A DNA stretch of 64,000 bases from assembly GCF_009914755.1 (NCBI RefSeq), contig NC_060929.1, one strand, 5' to 3'. Below are positions 28,160-42,139 of this stretch, piece by piece. Both the position numbers and the translations under genes were made by a program. Every line of letters starts with the position of its first letter. The first letter of the stretch is position 1. The DNA is from the human T2T-CHM13v2.0 reference genome, Homo sapiens. The notes under the pieces were generated by a model. It did no database searches. It saw nothing but the letters and a program-made list of their open reading frames with translations, and was not told the origin of the DNA.

Positions 28160-29590
28160 ATTGACTCCCAGCTATGAGCAATGAATTGATGAGCACACTT
28201 ACACTTTCTTTTTCTGCACTTTCTTACACTTGTTTTCCTCCTACTTCGGCATTTGCCATTATATAATTTTATTTATTTAGCATTTGTAACATTTACAGGG
28301 CTTAAAAATTGTATTTATTTATTGAGACAAGGTCTCATTCTGCTGCCCACCTAGAGTACAGTGGTGCGATTATAGCTCACTACAGCCTCCACCTCCTGTG
28401 CTCAAGCCATCCTCCCAGCTCAGCTTCCCAAGGAGCTGGGACTACAGGCATGCACCACCACACCTGATTAATTTCTTTTATTTTTTGTAGAGACAGGGTC
28501 TCACTATGTTGGCCAGACTGGTCTCAAACTCCTGGCTTCAAGTGATCTGCCCACCTCACCCTCCTAAAGTGCTGGGATTACAGGTGTGAGCCACCCTGCC
28601 TGGCCTATTTTTAGTTTTTTTCTCCCACCATAACTCTCTCGGTCTTGGTTATCTGTTTAAATGGATTCAACGCTTTCCACCAGGCCATTTGCCACTACTT
28701 CTTTCTTGCTCTATACTTTATTTCTATTCTTTTCCTATTTGGTTGGATTTCATTATGGGGTATTTTCTCAAAAAAAGTTCTGGTGGGTGTTAGAGTCCTC
28801 AGATGTTTTCAAATCTGAGTGTGCCTTCCTGCTGCCTTTTTATTTGAGCTACAACTTGTCTGAGTGTTATATCATTGGCTTTCACTTGTTCCCCCTTAGT
28901 GATGTAAACCTGCTTCTAATATTCTGACATTAATTATTTCTGGGCACTGTGGAGAAACTAAGGCTGCCGTGATTTCTTATCCTTGTGGATAATTTGCTTT
29001 CTGGATAACTGGATAACTTTTTTATCATTAAGAAATCTTGTTATTGATCTACTTTAATTAAAAAGATATACCATTTTTATCTGCAGGTCCAGTTCTTCTG
29101 CCATTTCTGCGAAATTTTCCTGAATATTTCGGAATATTCTTGGCATCGCTTTTGAGGTCCTTAATTTAAAAGACCTTGATTATTTTTATGTTGTATGGTA
29201 CTTGTCTTCCCTATGCCTCATTTCTTCTCTAACTTCATTTGTCTGTTTTTTTCTTCTACGTGCATTGTGACTATCTCAATGACATTAATTTGCTTTTCAT
29301 CTCTATTATACTTTCCCCTATTTAAAATGAATAATTACACATGTAATAAATGGCAATCGTTCTTTATCACAGTTCTCAATTTATTGCCTTATTTCTACAA
29401 TGCTCTTTTAAGTTTCATTCTACTACTAGATAGGCTTGTCTTTGAGCTCTTGTTTATTAAATTAAAGTCTTCCACAACACATTGCAAAAATATGCAAGAA
29501 ATCTGTTTCAGTTGCTTGGGTTATATTTTTGTAGTTGCTGGGCTATTTATCTCTCTTTTACATGCCGTTTCTTTTACATTATTATCTGTT
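28160..29590 (-). mobile_element. HAL1-like fragment, interrupted by AluJ
   Basis: T-rich; 'tctgagtgtgccttcctgctgcctttttatttgagctacaacttgtctgagtgttata', 'tttttatctgcaggtccagttcttc'. Confidence 0.5.
28312..28605 (-). mobile_element. AluJ (Jb/Jr-like)
   Basis: 'gattatagctcactacagcctcc', 'gtagagacagggtctcactatgttg', 'ctcctggcttcaagtgatc'. Confidence 0.92.
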
Positions 29591-29598
29591 ACAGTATA

Positions 29599-30057
29599 TG
29601 TTTCAGTCAAGGTCCTGGCAGGAAACAGATGATATATTCAAACTGGGATATCTGAGGATAATTTAATACAGGACCTGTTCAGAAAGGCATAAGCAGGATT
29701 TGGGGATTTCTAAACCAACAAAAACTAGTGTGGTACTTCTGAGCCAGCGACAGCAGGGGGCCATTACCACCCAGAGGCCATGGTTGCTGGAACCCATAGA
29801 AGGCAACTACAGAGAAGGCTGCCAGAGAGAAGCCGTGGCCTTCTATAGAGAGACAAGCTTATCCATTGTGATATGGAAGGGAGAGAGCTGGGGAACAAAT
29901 AACCAACTCAACTCCTTTCCTCTCATCTTTTGCAGGTGTCTTTCAATAGGAGACCAAAAGACAAATGTGCATAAAGGACCACCTTCTAGGGCATGGGGAA
30001 TGAAGGAGAAGGATGGGAGAGGGTGGAGAGAAGGGCAATTGGGAGATACCCTGTACA
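29599..30057 (-). mobile_element. ERVL-class solo LTR (LTR41/LTR50-like)
   Basis: TG...CA termini; 'tgtttcagtcaaggtcctggcaggaaacagatg' and 'gagagggtggagagaagggcaattgggagataccctgtaca'. Confidence 0.65.
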
Positions 30058-31422
30058 AGGTACTCGCAGAGATGCCATGCCATGGCTTTGCCTGTTTATG
30101 TTTGAGTGATTCTGGCCAGATCTCCTTTATATGCTAACATGATGTGGATTAATTCTTCCTAGCATCCATGACACCTACTCTGAGTCTGTTTTCTCTTTCC
30201 CTCCACATTATAGTTTGAAAGTAGAGTGTTGCTTCTATTTTATTTTTCTGATGCCTGAGGTTATGGAAATATGGGATGAGTCCAGATTAGATATGTGATC
30301 TGGATTTTTCTCTCTCTTCTCTGATTTCCGTTAAGTTTTCTATTTCAATGCCCTGTCTACCAAACAAAGGAGTATATCTATTCCTAGCCTTTGACGTATT
30401 TCCCCAAGAGTTTTTTCCGCATCTATGACAAAATTTTTCCTTTCCTTTCCTTCAGTGAGGATATGATCTAATGAAATTTCATTTGTTTGTATTTTCTTAA
30501 AGCACTGAGCTCCTTCTTTACCTCAATTTAGCATCTTTGCAACTCATCCTATTGTATTTTCTCCTTGCCTCTTTGCTTCTTATGATTTTTCTTTATACGA
30601 GCAATAGCTTCTTGGGTCCTTTGAGAACACGTTTTCTAAAATAGCTGTCTATTTCTTGTAATAAGTAAATTCACTTATCCACTATTACCCTGAATCTTTA
30701 GGAAAATACTCCTTTACCCTTATATCTGCACGTATTTTCATATATTCAAAGCTTTTTGTCTTTTATTCAAGCAAGGCAGGAAACATCTAGACTACATCTT
30801 TGTCAAAAGACAAGGTATGTGGGATTTCCCTGGCTTTACTCATTGTCAGCTTGAGTACTCATCAAATCTCCTTGTCAAATGTATGGTTTAGAGGAGATAT
30901 TGATGTGGACAGCATCCAGCCAAATTCCTAATGTTGAGCAGGCATTTGTTTAATGCATCTTGGCTATATTGAGGTGGGAGTTTCCCTTGCTCCCAATTCT
31001 TGGCTGTCTGACACTCAGAACAGATGCAATACATGAGATGCTATAATTATAGGGACAAACCACTGCCAGGGCCTGTTCTGCCAGGGAATTTCCATGCCCA
31101 AGTAGAGTCCCTCACTGTAGGGTCTACTCATCTCAGCTTATACTGCCATTGTCAGTGCATGACAACTATCCCCCTCCTCTCTTCATTCTTCCTCTGATTA
31201 TTTTTTGCCTCTCAATAGATATAGAAAGATAGCAAAGAGGGACAGACAATGATCTGCCCACTTGAGTAACACAACTGAGGACTGACAGACCGTTTTTAGA
31301 AATTGTTTTCTGTGCTCGAGTCTCTGTGCTAGGAGTCTGTTGGCAGAGTAGAAGCACATCTTTTTATCTTCTCTAAGACAGTTGGCAACTCAAAATGGCT
31401 TTGTGAGTCTGGTTCTGACAGG

Positions 31423-31713
31423 TTTTTTTTTTTTTGTCAGAGTCTTACTCGGTCGCCCAGGCTGGAGTGCAGTGGCACAATCTCGGCTCACTACAACCTC
31501 TGTGTCCCGGGTTCAAGCGATTCTCTTCCCTCAGCTTCCTGAGTGGCTGGGATTACAGGCATGCACCACCACGCCCAGCTAATTTTTGCATTTTTAGTAG
31601 AGATGGGGTTTCACCATGTTGGTCAGGCTGGTCTCGAACTCATGATCTCATCACCCACCCACCTCAGCCTCCCAAAGTGCTGGGATTACAGGCGTGAGAC
31701 ACTGCATCTGGCC
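31423..31713 (-). mobile_element. AluSx-like
   Basis: Full reverse dimer, 'gttcaagcgattct', 'caggctggtctcgaactc'. Confidence 0.92.
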
Positions 31714-31717
31714 TTTC

Positions 31718-31983
31718 TTTTCTTTTTGTAAAAATAAATGTTATTGTGTCTATTAGAGGTTTAAAACATGATGTGTTGGGATATATATAGATAGTAAAAT
31801 GGTTACTATAGTGAAGCAAATTGACATATCTATCATCTCACAAAGTTACTTTTTTGTGACAAGAGCAGTTAAAATGTATTCAAGAAAATTCCCAAATACA
31901 GTACAATTTTATTAATTATGGTTCTCATATTGTACATTAAATGTCTAGTCTTGTTCATCTTACATTTCTGCTACTTTGTGTCT
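31718..31983 (-). mobile_element. L1MA8-10 3' end
   Basis: 'gatagtaaaatggttactatagtgaagcaaattgacatatctatcatctcac'. Confidence 0.8.
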
Positions 31984-32859
31984 ACCACGTTTTATAGTTA
32001 ATGGAAATTCCTCCTGGCTTCTGCAGTTGTTTTTAGTGACAGAATTTTTACCTTTTGGGCTCTTCATTGTGAGACATTGTAAGTCTATATTAGTGTGGCC
32101 ACAACAATGCTATGTTCAACTGGGAGCCACGCTCTACTGGCCCTTGAAAATAATTATCATGAAAGAATGTGGACATAAGTATTCAATCATCCTTTCTTCA
32201 TCTGATGAAATCTAAGAAACTTCCTACCCATCAACACACACTTTTCTTTGATGAGTTTGCTATCTTTATCTGAAATGGAAATTCCACAGGTGGTATGTAA
32301 TTTGATTTAAGTTTGCTTCATATGTGAGTATAGAGGCCTTATTTACTATGTGCATGAACATTTTGAGTAGATTAAGTTTAATAATAAATTACTGCTGAGT
32401 GGCTGAATAAATCAGTAAAGAGGTTTGTGTACTAGCTGTGAAATTTCTTGCTTGGTTATTTGTCATAATGAGACTGAACTCCAGGTCTAGCCTCTCTTTT
32501 GTGTGACTGGTGGAAGATTCTATTAATTAACTGTGGGACTTCTGTGACCTTTCAGCAACCTACTGCTAACATACTTAAAATATATTGAGACTAGAAATAC
32601 CAGCATGACCCGTTTGACAACACAGGTAAACAAATTAATTCTTTTTATTGGATTTTTCTACAGTAAACATAGCTAAATGTCACCAATATCTTTTCCTTCA
32701 GTAGCTAATTTATCATTTTATTTTTCTGATACTAAAAATGCAAATTTTTACTCTCTTTTTCCACATATTTCCATGTGTATGCCCATTCTTTCCTCTTGCC
32801 CAACATATAAACACAGCTACTCCCTTCAATCCTTCAAGTCTTACCTTCTCAATAAGGTT

Positions 32860-33146
32860 TAACAAAGTTATTAAAAATTGCAACCCAACCCTCATCTTGA
32901 CCCTCTCAATCCCCCTTACAATGCTCTATCCTTGTTTTATGGAAATTGTCACCTTCTAATAAAATGTGATTTATATATTTATTATATTCCTTTTTATTGC
33001 ATGTTCTACCCCACTACCCAATCTTGCTAAAATATAAATATCATAAAGGTGGGTTTCCTTTTCTGTCTTCTTCATCGATTTATCCTAAGCACCTAGAATA
33101 GTGCCTGGCATACAATAGATGCTAAGTGAATGTTTGTTGATGGATG
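32860..33146 (+). mobile_element. L2a 3' end
   Basis: 'tatcctaagcacctagaatagtgcctggcatacaatagatgctaagtgaatgtttgttgatgg'. Confidence 0.85.
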
Positions 33147-33153
33147 GACAGAC

Positions 33154-33200
33154 GGAAGGAAGGAAGGAAGGAAAGAAGGAAAGAAGGAAGGAAGGAAGGA
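33154..33200. repeat. (GGAA)n microsatellite at the L2 tail
   Basis: Imperfect GGAA/AGAA array seen directly. Confidence 0.9.
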
Positions 33201-33534
33201 TGGATTTGTCCTTTTTCCTTTTTGAGCTCTTTTCTCAGCCTATGCTTTAGAGAGCTTTGCCTCCTCTGGAATTTTATCAGTCGTTTCCATCCCCCAACCT
33301 CTATAATTTTAACCATTGTGTTTTTCTCTTCTTTGGACCTCAAAAACAAACTTGAGTCTGTCTCATTACAAAAATGTGTATATGGAGCCTGCCTCCATTT
33401 TTAATGCTCTCTCTCACCTTCCTGACCCCATAGTCTTCTGGAAAGAATGCATCTGTTTTAAACTCTCTCCCCATTTCAGTGATTTGCCATCTGGTTTTTC
33501 TCTTGACCACAGAATTGAAATGGCTAATACAAAC

Positions 33535-34280
33535 TATCAATGGTCTCCTTTTTGTCCTCATCCTATTTTATGTCTTTGTGCCTTTTGGGGTCACAGCTAA
33601 CCTTACATCTTGAAAGTTTATTCCCATTGGTTCCTGATTTTTTTTGGTTTCCTTCCTGACTCACTGAGTACACTCGTTCTATCTCTGCTGTCGCAACTTC
33701 CTTTACCTTCCCCCTAACTTGCTGTGTTCTCCAGAACTTAGGCCTGGACTTCCCTACCTTCTCACTTTATACACTCCCTAGCCAGTTTCATCCACCCCCA
33801 ATATTAGTTACCATTGATTTCATCAATCACCGCATTCCCCCTCCTGCCCCACATCACACCTGTTTTGCCAATTTACTATTATTTTCAACTTAGTGCTTAA
33901 AAGTACTTCAATAAAACATACCTAAAATGGATATCATTAATTGTTTAAATCCCTCTACACCCCAAACCTCATCCTTCCACTTCTACCACCACAGCTAATG
34001 ACAATTCCATCTACATGCTTTTCTAAGCCAGAAGCATCGGCATCCTTAGTGACTCTTTCCTTGCAACTAAATTACTTACCAATTCTTGTCACTTGTAACA
34101 TAAATTTATCTACACAATTAGTTCCTTTATCTCCACTTCAATCTCCCTATAGCTTGGTTTCCTATCATCCCTCATCTGGATTATTGCAATATTCCTGTAA
34201 CTGATCTTAGTTTAGTTTCTTATTATCAATACCCAGTTAAATATACTCCTTACCCAATCCAACTAAAACCCTTCAAAACA
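33535..34280 (+). mobile_element. L2 (L2c-like) fragment
   Basis: Pyrimidine-rich; 'cttctcactttatacactccctag', 'tcatccctcatctggattattgcaata'. Confidence 0.6.
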
Positions 34281-34639
34281 ACTTTATTCCAGCAAATGCT
34301 TATGAAGCACCAACTGTAGTCCTATCAGAAAGAAATAGTGATCCCTCCCCTTAGAGGATATGTGTTAGGAAGAGACACAGGTATAAATGGATCGAATGCA
34401 ATCCAATAAGTGAATAAATACAATGCTACAGATATGACCAAAGTGAAATGAAGTTGGTTGGCTGAGTCACGTGTATCTGTCAGAATGGAGACCTAGGTTC
34501 TCTGGATTTGTAGTATGGTGCTTCCTCCATTGTGGCTTTCTTATCAACATTTCTTGCATGCCAGCTACTCTGTAGAAGACATTGCCCCTATGTTTTGGTG
34601 ATGATGGATGGTATTTATTGAAACTCTTGCTTATTTTGA

Positions 34640-35650
34640 CCCAGTGTTTGCGGATAATGAAGTTCAGACTAGGGTGGTGGCAAGAAGTGGTCAGATTTTT
34701 GATATATTTTGCAGGTAGAGCTAACAGGTTTTTGGTGATTAATTGGATATTGAAGTGTGAGACAAAGAGTGAATTTTAAAATGATGCCAAGATGTTGAAC
34801 CTGAGTATCAGGAGAAACAGAGTTGTTGCTGATGGAGATGGGGAAGATCACAGGAGGAGCAAGTTTGGCAGCAAGGTGGAGATATGGTTGGAATCAAGAA
34901 TTCACTTTATGATATGTAAAGTTTGAGACATCCATTTGTCATCCAAGTTGGAGATGGTAAGTGGGAGATATTGAGTTGATTATAACAGACTGGAGTTTAG
35001 GGAAGAAATCAGGGCTAGAGACATAAATGCATGACTTAATTATGTTCATGATATTTTAAGCTTCAGTATTAAAATGAGATCCTCTGGGATGGAAATGTAG
35101 AAAGAGGACAATTCTTAGGAATGACTCTCAAGGATTACAATCATTAGAGGTCAAGAAGCTAAGGAGAATCCAGTAAAGAAGACAGAGAAGGGACAGCTAT
35201 TGAGGACAATGGGAACTAAGAGAGTATGACATCCCAGAGGACAAGAGAATATGTTTTAAGGAGGAGCCAGTGATCAGATGTGACAAATGCTATTGTTAGT
35301 TCAAGTAGGAAGAAGTCAATGAAAGTACCATTAAATTGAGCAACTGGAAAGTAATTAGTGACCTAAACAAGCAGTTTCAGAAGTGGATAGGAGAGAAAAA
35401 GCATAATTTGTGTAGGTTCAAGGGAGACTGAAAGGGAAGACTATTACCAACTCTTTTGAAAACTTCTGGTATAAAGAATATCTAAGAACTGGAGCAGTAG
35501 CTGGAGGAATTACAGAGTTTGGAGTGAAAAAGAAATGAGGCAGACAGAAAGGGGCCAACCTTAGGAGTCAGGTTCTTGAACTGGAAGTGAAGATGAGATC
35601 CAGTACCCAAGACAAGGGGTTGGCCTTATACAGGAGACAAGAACCTTGGA
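34640..35650 (-). mobile_element. L2 (~1 kb)
   Basis: 'gaagtggtcagatttttgatatattttgcaggtagagc', 'aagtttgagacatccatt', 'gtgatcagatgtgacaaatgct'. Confidence 0.8.
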
Positions 35651-38388
35651 AGAACTGGTGAATGAAAGGCCTATAAAGTTGTAAAGTCGGGCCTTGACAT
35701 GAAGGGCTTTGAATAATATTTTAAAAGTTTTGAGTTTATTTGAGCATGAGAATAATATGATTGGAGAAAGACATGGTTCTGACTGTGAACTGCCCTCATG
35801 CTAAAACTTAAAATATGCATAACTCACACTGTGCTGTTCCCTTCTTCCAAGTGACTCTCTTGCAGATTCTGTCTTTTTCATTTATTCTACTGTAGGTAGG
35901 TCATTTTGGCTTGCTTTGTGTTGTTTTTGCATTTTGTCCACAGCTTACGGTTGCTGTCTACAGAAAGATCAGGTACAATATGTGCTACCTGGCCATGTTA
36001 GAAGTAAAAGTTGAGTGTTTTATGTTCTTGGCAAAACATGCCAGTTGCATAAACTATTCCACCTCAACAACACAGTTTGCAGATCCTTTGGCATCCACTG
36101 TGGCCTTCCTCCAGATGCCAGTTGTGGGTGGCCCTCCCAAGTTGGGTGCTTTAATTAGACCATATTATCATAGTGGTATATTACACTTTCCAACCAGATA
36201 GTTTATCAGAAATGTTATAGTGCTCTTACAAGCAGACTAGAAATTGGAAGAAAGGATCTAAGTACTGACAATAAAGTTTTTTTTCTGTTTTCTTATCTCT
36301 AAGGTTGGCCTTGACTGTGATGCTTGATTACATTACTTTCAAGTTCCACAGCACTTGATGTGTCCCTTGATAACTATGTCACTTTGTGCACACATATTAC
36401 ATGATCAGTGATTCTCTATTAAATATAACATTCCTTAAATTCTGTTTCCTGGTTTCTCTCCATAATGACTAATAGGAATAAGCCATATATAGACCTAAAT
36501 AATCAAATATCATTCCCTAAAAATCAATTTATATTTTCTCAGCTTGCTAAATCAATGTTAAATTAACCAAGCCATGGCATAGAAAATGAAAGCTGGATAA
36601 TACCAAGCCACTGATTCATTCAAGACAAAGCTATTTGAATTCCTCTTTAAATGGAGACATTTTTGATGTTAGATATTCACATGATGGCTTGAAAATCATC
36701 TTGGTCAGTAGAAAGTCTTCCAAGCCCCTACATATTTAGCATACCTTGAATGTAAAGCATCAAGTCTGCATGGGTTTTAGACTAGACTTTCTAGGATGTA
36801 ATGAGTAAAGAATTGATTGACTATTAACTGAGAACTCAAGGGAAAGATAAAAAAAGTTAGGCTCCTTATTAGATAGGACATTATTAGACAATATTGGGAA
36901 CTTAAGAGCATTATCTTAATCTGTTAGGAAGTCAGTAGCATGCCTGAAACACCAATCAGATCTCAGATTCACAGTTCAGGACAAATAGAACCATTATTAC
37001 TGTTTTCAGCTGAGCTTGTTGTGATTCATAATAGGGAACAGAATGGGAAGTGTGTCCTTCTACAGATATTAGCTCATTAAGTTAGTAACTCATTCCAAAA
37101 CATGTATGTGGTATACTAAAATCAGTAAGATATGATCTATGACATTAAACAATTGAGATTTGGTAGGAATTGACAAAATATTACCCGAGGGGTACCATCA
37201 GTTGTCATAAGTAGCTCCTTAGCAGGATGCACAGGCTATAGTGAGCTATATAAGAGAAGGGGTCAATGTGTCTGGAGTGGCCGCCAGATAGATAGAGGTT
37301 CAGGGAGGGAGAGAATCAGAAAGTCCTGTGGCAGTTGAGATAAGCAGCTGTTTATCAGGCATAAATGGCAAGTAGGGCATTACAGGCATAAGGAGCTGTT
37401 AGAGCAGAGCCAGGATGGTATGTTATACATGGGCTTCTTTGAGGGCATATCAGTAGTTTGGGATGGATAGATTACCAGGGCCAAGAGAAGTGAGACAGGA
37501 GGCCACAGTAAGGATCATAGCAGGTGGAGTTATTTGAAGTGGGGAGGGCACAATCAGATTCAGGCTTTCAAACATCACTCTGACAGTTGAGTAAGACTAT
37601 TCAAAGGGAAATATACCACAGATAATGAGTTCAGCTAAGAATCTTTTTCAGTGGTCTAGGGTTGCCAATGTCAGTTTAGGATCCACAGAATAAAATTCTC
37701 TAAGAAAAGGTTAGAAATTATGTAATTTATTATTTTCTTATTTTGTGATGGGTTTATTTCTAAATTTCCTAAAGAGATAATCATCTATATCATATATAAA
37801 GATGCTAGAGAAAAAATACATGACAACATTTCTTTGACCTTTCAGCGAACTATTTAAGGAACAGTGATGAGATCTTTCTTATTTTCTGGATACAACACGT
37901 AGCAATATACTTGAAACAGAGTGGGTTTACAAAAAGTAAACCTTCAATGTGCAAGCCTGATGTAATGGCAAAATCACCGTCACTACAAAGAATTTTTTTC
38001 CTCTGAGCCAATCTGGATTTTTTTCAGTATAACACCATTTCTATGTGTTTCTGCTTTTAGGACAGATAGTAGACTATTGTTTCTGTCTTTCTATAATTAC
38101 GCTTGACAAACCTATAGATCAGCACCAGATAAATTGTTGGGAGAATTAATACTCTTTCTTTATGTTTTTGATCAAAAGCTTTTTATTTTCTGTCCTGTTA
38201 AACATTGCCTTTCACATTGTCAGCTCCTTCAGGGCAGGGACTAAATTTTACTCTAATTAAGATATAAACAATTCTTACCTTTGTCTAACACATGAAAGTT
38301 TCACAAAGTGCTTGCATTTAAAATTGTTTATTTAATCATAGCCACCATGCTAATTAAAAAGGCAAACTTTTTTTATGTTTTTTTAAAA

Positions 38389-40142
<1,754 letters not shown>

Positions 40143-40624
40143 CTAAGATTTACTGAGCATTTAACTGTGTGCCAGATGTTGGGCAAAACCTTCTACATGG
40201 ACATATCCCACTGTGGGGGGCTGCTACTGGTATTAAAAGATGAAGGAAAGAAAGGTTAAGCACCTAAGCACACTGTCAATTTGGTATTCTTTTCATTATA
40301 TCTGGGCACCACCTCTTTGAATATACCACAGAATTTATTCAATGCCTTGTACATACTTAGCCCTCAATAAATATTTTTGGCTGGATTAATGAATCTTAAT
40401 ATCTTAACATTTTCATATCCTTCTTTATTAACACTCTCTAAAATTTGATGGGGAACTGGTTAGGGTCTTGCTGAGCTAATCATACTGTCCTGTGGAATCA
40501 GGACACCATAGGACAGGCACTTTAATGGTTGAGAGCAGGCGTGCCTCTGCCACTTCCAATCATGTTTGAACTTGGCTTGCTTGTTTAACTTATCTGAGTT
40601 GTAGTTTCACAATTTGTAAGCAAT

Positions 40625-41030
40625 GCAATGTGGCCCCTGTGTGCTCTAACCTCATCTCATCTTACTTTTTCCTCACGCACGGGCCTGCACCCTCACCAGA
40701 CATCTTTTCTGCCCTCCAAAGAGTAAAATTTATTCCTGCTTCTAAGTCCTTGCTCTTGTTGAAATGCTCTTTATCCAGCTGTCCACAGTGCTGGCTCTTG
40801 CTTATCTTTAAGCTTTCAGCTCAAATGTCCTCTTCCTAGAGTGGTCTCTGTCCTCTCTAAAGTCTCCCACCTTCCGTCCCCACAGTCAATCTCTGTCTCA
40901 GAACTCTGTCTCATTTCTTTCTTGACCCTTATTATCATCAGAAATTATCTTGTTTTATTATTTACTTGTTTATTGTTTATTTCATGCCAACAGGATATAA
41001 GCTTCAAAATTCTGTCTGTTCTCAATATGG
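40625..41030 (+). mobile_element. L2 3' region
   Basis: 'gtggcccctgtgtgctctaacctcatctc', 'tttcagctcaaatgtcctcttcctagag', 'tttacttgtttattgttt'. Confidence 0.75.
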
Positions 41031-41211
41031 TCATTTTTCTGGAGGTAGGTTTTACAATTTTCATTTGAATCTCGAGGTGGTCTGTGTGTTCCAAAGGTAA
41101 CACAAAAATTTCTTATTTGAATTCTGATAAATTATTCCTTTTATTCAAATAAATTCCTGAAGACTCAAGCATTTAGATATCTTGAAAAATGAAACCATAA
41201 AGATTTTAGAA

Positions 41212-41419
41212 TTGCACTGCTCAATATGGTAGTAACTAGCCCCAAGAAGCTATTTACATACAAATTAATTAAAATTAAATAAAACTGGAAATTCATTTCC
41301 TCAGTTTTACCAACTACATTTCCAGTGCTCAATAACCCCTTAGGACTAGTGGCTACCAATTGGATAGTGCAGATATAGAATATTTCTATCACTGCAGAAA
41401 GGTCTATTGATCAGTGCTA
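41212..41419 (-). mobile_element. MER3 hAT-Charlie MITE
   Basis: 'caatatggtagtaactagc...ctagtggctaccaattggatagtgcagatatagaatatttc'; 8-bp TSD ttttagaa/ttttacaa. Confidence 0.9.
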
Positions 41420-42139
41420 TTTTACAAGATAGCCTGGATATTTCTTTATAACCATATAAGGGAAACCCTCAAAAACAGATTACAAAACCAAGAAAGGAAA
41501 AACTTTGATAAATTTAGTTGTATAAAAACTAGGAACTTCAGAATAGCCAATGGTATCTTCAACAAAGTAAAACTAAATATAGAAGAGGTAAATGATTTGC
41601 AATATTTATGACATAAAAAGCTAAGTTTCTTAGGCTTATTAAAATTCATATAATTCAATGAGAAAAAACTTGATTGAAAATGTTAAAGTAAACAAAGTCA
41701 AATGTTCAAAAGAATATGAAAATAAATATTATCTCACTCTTAATTAAAAATATATAAGCCCAAACAATAATGTCGTGCCAGTTTTAGTGTATTAAATTAG
41801 CAAAAGTGAGGAGATTTGGTACTAGTGAAGGTATGAGAAGTTGCCCTATTTATTAAATATAATAGTGTATTTTCCAGAATAAAATTAGAACAAAATTGTT
41901 AAAAAGCAAGGAATTAGAGTATACCAACATTGTTTGCTACCCTTTTACAAAATGCACCCAATAGGTATCATGTTATGTATGTACTTCTATATCTTGTTTT
42001 ACACTTCATATTAGATTTTTGAAAAATTTTCATATCAGCCCACAAATATCTAGTTCATTTTTGAATGTCGCTGTGGTATATCCTCATGTGCATGTGCATT
42101 AACTTATTTAACTCTTGGTGGTAGATATTTATCTTCTTT

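Noticed and set aside
29195-30137. Two adjacent 145-aa ORFs
   Set aside because: The first lies in T-rich HAL1-like DNA (Phe/Leu-biased) and the second inside a solo LTR; no recognisable domains
33154-33200. (GGAA)n as an ETS/EWS-FLI1 response element
   Set aside because: Short and interrupted by AGAA units; explained by drift of the L2 tail
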